A stretch of 64,000 nt of DNA from an uncultured Chloracidobacterium sp. (GTDB lineage: Bacteria; Acidobacteriota; Blastocatellia; Pyrinomonadales; Pyrinomonadaceae). The stretch is from assembly GCA_964543865.1 (NCBI GenBank), contig CAZIZR010000010.1, positions 15,111 through 79,110 of the forward strand, in the 5' to 3' direction. Below the pieces are notes generated by a model, which was given only the letters and a program-made list of their open reading frames with translations, was not told the origin of the DNA and did not search any database. Shown piece after piece: positions 60,386 to 64,000 of this stretch (position 1 is the first letter of the stretch; each line of letters begins with the position of its first letter). Made by a program: the position numbers and the translations under genes.

Positions 60386-60691
60386 CTAATCATCTCCAAA
60401 TTTATCACGCCAATAGGGTGCGATCTGTTTCATTACTTCGCAGTCGCAGTAGCCGCCGTTTTCGTTTAGCCAATTAGTTATCTTTGGGAAATTCAACCCG
60501 CGTTCCATCATAAAACGCATCGCGTACCGCAAGGTGTGATCGCACTCCGAATCGTAAAGCTCGTCTTCCACACGGTCGAGTAGCTGGCTCACGGATTCTT
60601 GGGCTGCCGGGATCGCGTTGAGAAACGCTTCAAGCTGCTCGCCATTCATCTGCCCGAGATTTTCGATCTGTCGTTTACGTAAAATTGCCAT
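60386..60691 (-). CDS. DUF2695-like small protein
   Basis: CDHTLRYAMRFMMERGLNFPKITNWLNENGGYCDCEV. Confidence 0.5.
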   Translation of the reverse strand: MAILRKRQIENLGQMNGEQLEAFLNAIPAAQESVSQLLDRVEDELYDSECDHTLRYAMRFMMERGLNFPKITNWLNENGGYCDCEVMKQIAPYWRDKFGDD

Positions 60692-60694
60692 AAA

Positions 60695-61969
60695 TCAAAA
60701 TTCTGCTTCGGAAACGCGGCCCATTTCTGCGCGTTCTGCTTCTTCGATCTCGCGTTGTTTGATACCCTCACGGCCGTCATAGCTGAAAAATTTCGGAAAG
60801 AACAGCGCTGAACCAAGCACCGAAACAACGCACAGAATACCGCCGGAAACTACTGCTGTTTTTACGCTAAATGTCTCGGCAACGATTCCCATTTTAGCAC
60901 TGCCAAGCATAGGCCCGGTCAGGTAGCTCATCATTTCGATGCTGGCGAGACGTCCGCGCAGGTAATTTGGGATGGTCTGATTCCAGATCGCTCCGCGAAA
61001 GATGCCTGAGATCATATCAAAGAATCCGGCGGCGGCGAGCAAGATCAAAGCCGGAACAAGACTATCGACCAGCCCAAAGAAAAATATTGCCACGCCCCAC
61101 AAAACCGCAGCTGCGATCACCATCAAGCCGTGTCGATGTACGTTTTTTGTCCAGCCGGATGTCGCGCTAGCCGCTAACGCCCCGATGGCGATCGCAGCCG
61201 GAAAAAACCCAACATATTTATCACCGTAAATTGCCGCTAGCGCGGGGTACAACGCCTGCGGAAAAGCAAAAAACATTGCCGCGATGTCGATAAAGTATGT
61301 TCCGACAAGCTCTTGCCGCGAAAACGCATATTTCCACGCCTTTTTGATTCCCTGAAAACTAGGTTTCTCAGCATTCTCCGGCGACGGAACAGCCCGCAGC
61401 ATAAACACCGCGATCAGCGACGCCCCGAATGTCAGAAAATCGATTCCGTAGGCTACCGACGGACTCAGTTGCGTTGCAATAACGCCCGCGACCGCCGGGC
61501 CGACGATCATACCGATGGAAAATCTGATCGAATTTAGCGCCATCACGGCAGACATCATTTCGGCCGGAATGACCTTTTGAATAAAGGATTCGAACGCCGG
61601 ACGCTGTATCGCCGCGAGCCCCGCGTGCAGAGCCACCGCGAGGAAAAGTATCCATATCTGCGGCTGCGGCAATAGCGAATTTCCCAGCAAGATCGCCGTC
61701 ACCGCCGTTTGGCCGATCTCAGTGAACCGCAGCATTTTGCGTTTGTCAAAAAAATCCGCTAGAGCCCCGCCGACAAACGCGAGCACGACCATCGGGATAA
61801 ATTCGGCCAAGTAAATATACCCGACCATCGCCGACGACTGCGTCAACTGGTACATCTGCCACGGCACGACGATAAATGTCATCATCGAACCGAAAAATGA
61901 CACAAGCTGTCCGAAAAAGAGCAGACGGTAATCGCGTGAGGCTTTTAGAGGCGAGAGATCAAGTAACAT
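60695..61969 (-). CDS. MFS transporter (MFS_3/EntS-like)
   Basis: About 12 predicted TM helices. GGALADFFDKRKMLRF loop motif. Confidence 0.85.
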   Translation of the reverse strand: MLLDLSPLKASRDYRLLFFGQLVSFFGSMMTFIVVPWQMYQLTQSSAMVGYIYLAEFIPMVVLAFVGGALADFFDKRKMLRFTEIGQTAVTAILLGNSLLPQPQIWILFLAVALHAGLAAIQRPAFESFIQKVIPAEMMSAVMALNSIRFSIGMIVGPAVAGVIATQLSPSVAYGIDFLTFGASLIAVFMLRAVPSPENAEKPSFQGIKKAWKYAFSRQELVGTYFIDIAAMFFAFPQALYPALAAIYGDKYVGFFPAAIAIGALAASATSGWTKNVHRHGLMVIAAAVLWGVAIFFFGLVDSLVPALILLAAAGFFDMISGIFRGAIWNQTIPNYLRGRLASIEMMSYLTGPMLGSAKMGIVAETFSVKTAVVSGGILCVVSVLGSALFFPKFFSYDGREGIKQREIEEAERAEMGRVSEAEF

Positions 61970-63282
61970 CAGGGTTTAACGTACTCCGTCCAATGAAAAA
62001 GCCATGTCGCATAGGCATTCATTACAAAAGAAATGCCGCAGAGGATCCATTCGACGGGCGTGACGCGTTTGGGAGCAGTTTCGAGCAATATGACAAATAT
62101 CCACGGCAACAGAACCATTGCGTAACGATAACCAAATTGCCATCCGCCCGAATTCCCGTGTATCCAGAGCAAAAATGTCAGCACCGCGACCGCCGCCCAA
62201 GCCGAGTATTTCAACATCTTGTCCCGCGAACCGAATCTTGTCAAAAGCAGCAAAAAAGGGCTGCTCCACAGAATCGATGCGCTAAATCCATTTGGCACAA
62301 GATACGGAAATGTTTGTTTCCATTCCCACGACTTTACGAGCATTTCCCAGGCTTGTCGCGGGATATAATAGAGCGAAAATATTCCGTGATCGTACCAAGG
62401 CTCCGCTAAAACGCCGGGGATCCGCGAGTAGCCAAAATCGGTGAACGAATGAAAACGGACGTAATTATATATGAGGGTCGAAATACCGAGCACAAAAGGC
62501 ACGGCGCAAAACCATGCAAGATCGCGGATCTTGTCAGAACCGCCTGCGTAAGCGGGCGGCCAGAAAGACGCATTTTTCGAAGTCTTAATCTTTTCGGCCT
62601 GGCCCGCCGCTGACGCAGCGGGTTCTGACCTTAGCAGCAAATACATAAACACCGGAGCCGTAAGCAAATTCTCCGTCCGGTTACCAAATGCCACTGCAAA
62701 GAAAAACCCAGCTAATAAGGGCCTGCGGTCATAAACGGTGAAATATATCGCCCCGATCTCGCCGACCATTGCAAAACCTAGAGCAAGTTGCCACGCGCCG
62801 GTAAACGTCAGGTTTGTCCACGCAAAAGTACCAAACAGTATCACCATCGTCAGCAATATCTGTCTCGAACGCGACACATCGTATTTCGACGCTATCTTTA
62901 ACAACAAAAAGCAAGCTACACCGGCGAGTATCGCCGCGATCCACGCTCCGGGCATTTGCGTAATAAACCCGGCCGCGTTCAACACCGCCGCCGGGATCAT
63001 CGACAAAACCGCGCCAAACGGAAACACCGAGTAATAGAACCCTTCGAACGGCACAAACTCATTTAGCCACGACGGCTGCGGCTGGTTGAACGCCACCTTT
63101 CCGCCAAGCAGATTCCCGGCAACGCGAAAGGTGTAATCGTAATGATTCTGGGGTCGTGGATTTGAGAAAAAATAGACAATAGCCGTGAGAAACGATATCA
63201 ACGCGATCAGCCGCCCCGAAAGCCCTCGCGGCGGCTCCGCATCCTCTGCGCTCGCTGTGATCTCTGTGGCCAATCCTTTCAT
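61969..63282 (-). CDS. Polytopic membrane protein, GT-C/PMT_2 (ArnT-like) glycosyltransferase-like
   Basis: About 11 predicted TM helices, family-39-like architecture. Contains a loop encoded by a palindromic element (62536..62626). Confidence 0.5.
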   Translation of the reverse strand: MKGLATEITASAEDAEPPRGLSGRLIALISFLTAIVYFFSNPRPQNHYDYTFRVAGNLLGGKVAFNQPQPSWLNEFVPFEGFYYSVFPFGAVLSMIPAAVLNAAGFITQMPGAWIAAILAGVACFLLLKIASKYDVSRSRQILLTMVILFGTFAWTNLTFTGAWQLALGFAMVGEIGAIYFTVYDRRPLLAGFFFAVAFGNRTENLLTAPVFMYLLLRSEPAASAAGQAEKIKTSKNASFWPPAYAGGSDKIRDLAWFCAVPFVLGISTLIYNYVRFHSFTDFGYSRIPGVLAEPWYDHGIFSLYYIPRQAWEMLVKSWEWKQTFPYLVPNGFSASILWSSPFLLLLTRFGSRDKMLKYSAWAAVAVLTFLLWIHGNSGGWQFGYRYAMVLLPWIFVILLETAPKRVTPVEWILCGISFVMNAYATWLFHWTEYVKP

Positions 63283-64000
63283 GCAGCGTAGATCTTTAGT
63301 TTAAATTCATCATTGGCGATATAGATCTCCGGCTTGCGGCCTGAGAAACGGTTCGATTGCCGCAGGATCATCGGCAGGCCTCCGTGCGGGACGCTGATGC
63401 CATATTCACGTCGGGTAAAGATCGCGCAGATCTGCGGATTTAGCCGCTGCGTTATGCCGTAACGTATTGCACGTGAAGCGGGCGGCGAGAAACCGTTCGT
63501 TCTTCGCGGGTTTATGATCTCGATCGAGCTGTCGTAAATATTGATCCGCGTTCGTATGTCACGCAGAGCGAGGTCGCGGTGCATCAGGGCATTTATCACT
63601 GCTTCTGATACAGAATAAAAATGATAGGTCCCGCGTTGTTTGGCGACCTCGTCGGTCACGAGCGTCAGTTTGCGCTTTGGCGTTTCTTTCGCAAGATCAG
63701 TATAACGCTGAATAAAACCCATCGCCGACTCATACTGCGTCAACAGATTTCCTTTGGCTTCTATAGCCTCGATCAACTGAGCGTTGCCGTTATCGCCGGA
63801 GAACCGCGCGACAGTCACATTTGAACGCGGGAGCAATTCAGCGACGCGTTCGTTCTTGCCGAATAGCAATAAAGCCCCGACCGTCGGGAAAAACTCATCC
63901 GTCTGGCCCACGGCAAGCAACAAGTCCTTTCGGAGAAAATCCGCAGTATTATAAAGGCTCCGGTTCGGCGCATTATCATCAAATCCGCTTGCAAAAGACC
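63279..64000 (-). CDS. Putative ATP-dependent DNA-binding regulator (AlbA_2 / HATPase_c_4-type), 5' end beyond the window
   Basis: The frame stays open from 63923 to nt 63998. SEAVINALMHRDLALRD matches the REA.INAL.HRDY signature of this family. Confidence 0.6.
   Translation of the reverse strand, partial: SFASGFDDNAPNRSLYNTADFLRKDLLLAVGQTDEFFPTVGALLLFGKNERVAELLPRSNVTVARFSGDNGNAQLIEAIEAKGNLLTQYESAMGFIQRYTDLAKETPKRKLTLVTDEVAKQRGTYHFYSVSEAVINALMHRDLALRDIRTRINIYDSSIEIINPRRTNGFSPPASRAIRYGITQRLNPQICAIFTRREYGISVPHGGLPMILRQSNRFSGRKPEIYIANDEFKLKIYAA

Overview
Chromosomal segment, most likely from an Acidobacteria-type bacterium. This is inferred from a TIGR03436-like 'acidobacterial VWFA' protein, a DUF1800/DUF1501 pair and secreted proteins with CarboxypepD_reg tails. 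Housekeeping genes are recognisable by motif: dnaX, ruvA, ruvB, gyrA, uvrA, aroB, glmM, pgsA, moeA, moaC and tRNA-Thr(UGU). Accessory content, in order: (i) a reverse transcriptase cut by the left window edge, beside a HigA-type antitoxin whose upstream partner is unrecognised; (ii) a compact bacterial-microcompartment shell operon (1 BMC-H, 3 BMC-P, a tailed class II aldolase and a small Cys-rich protein) with no other metabolosome core enzymes nearby; (iii) a visibly AT-rich ~6.3 kb island with a complete type I R-M operon (hsdR-hsdM-hsdS) and a DUF2188 gene, bordered by a helically phased array of TTGCGCAA palindromes (21/42 bp spacing) that I rank as the most unusual signal; (iv) several families of GC-rich hairpin/MITE-like repeats, stacked in two intergenic clusters (14.5-15.2 kb and 25.3-26.0 kb) and apparently also inserted in frame into two coding genes; (v) an A9 slippery run in dnaX with stops in both alternative frames, a candidate tau/gamma recoding site. 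All calls rest on reading the sequence and the ORF translations. No database or HMM search was run, so family names are motif-level recognitions and start codons are best guesses.
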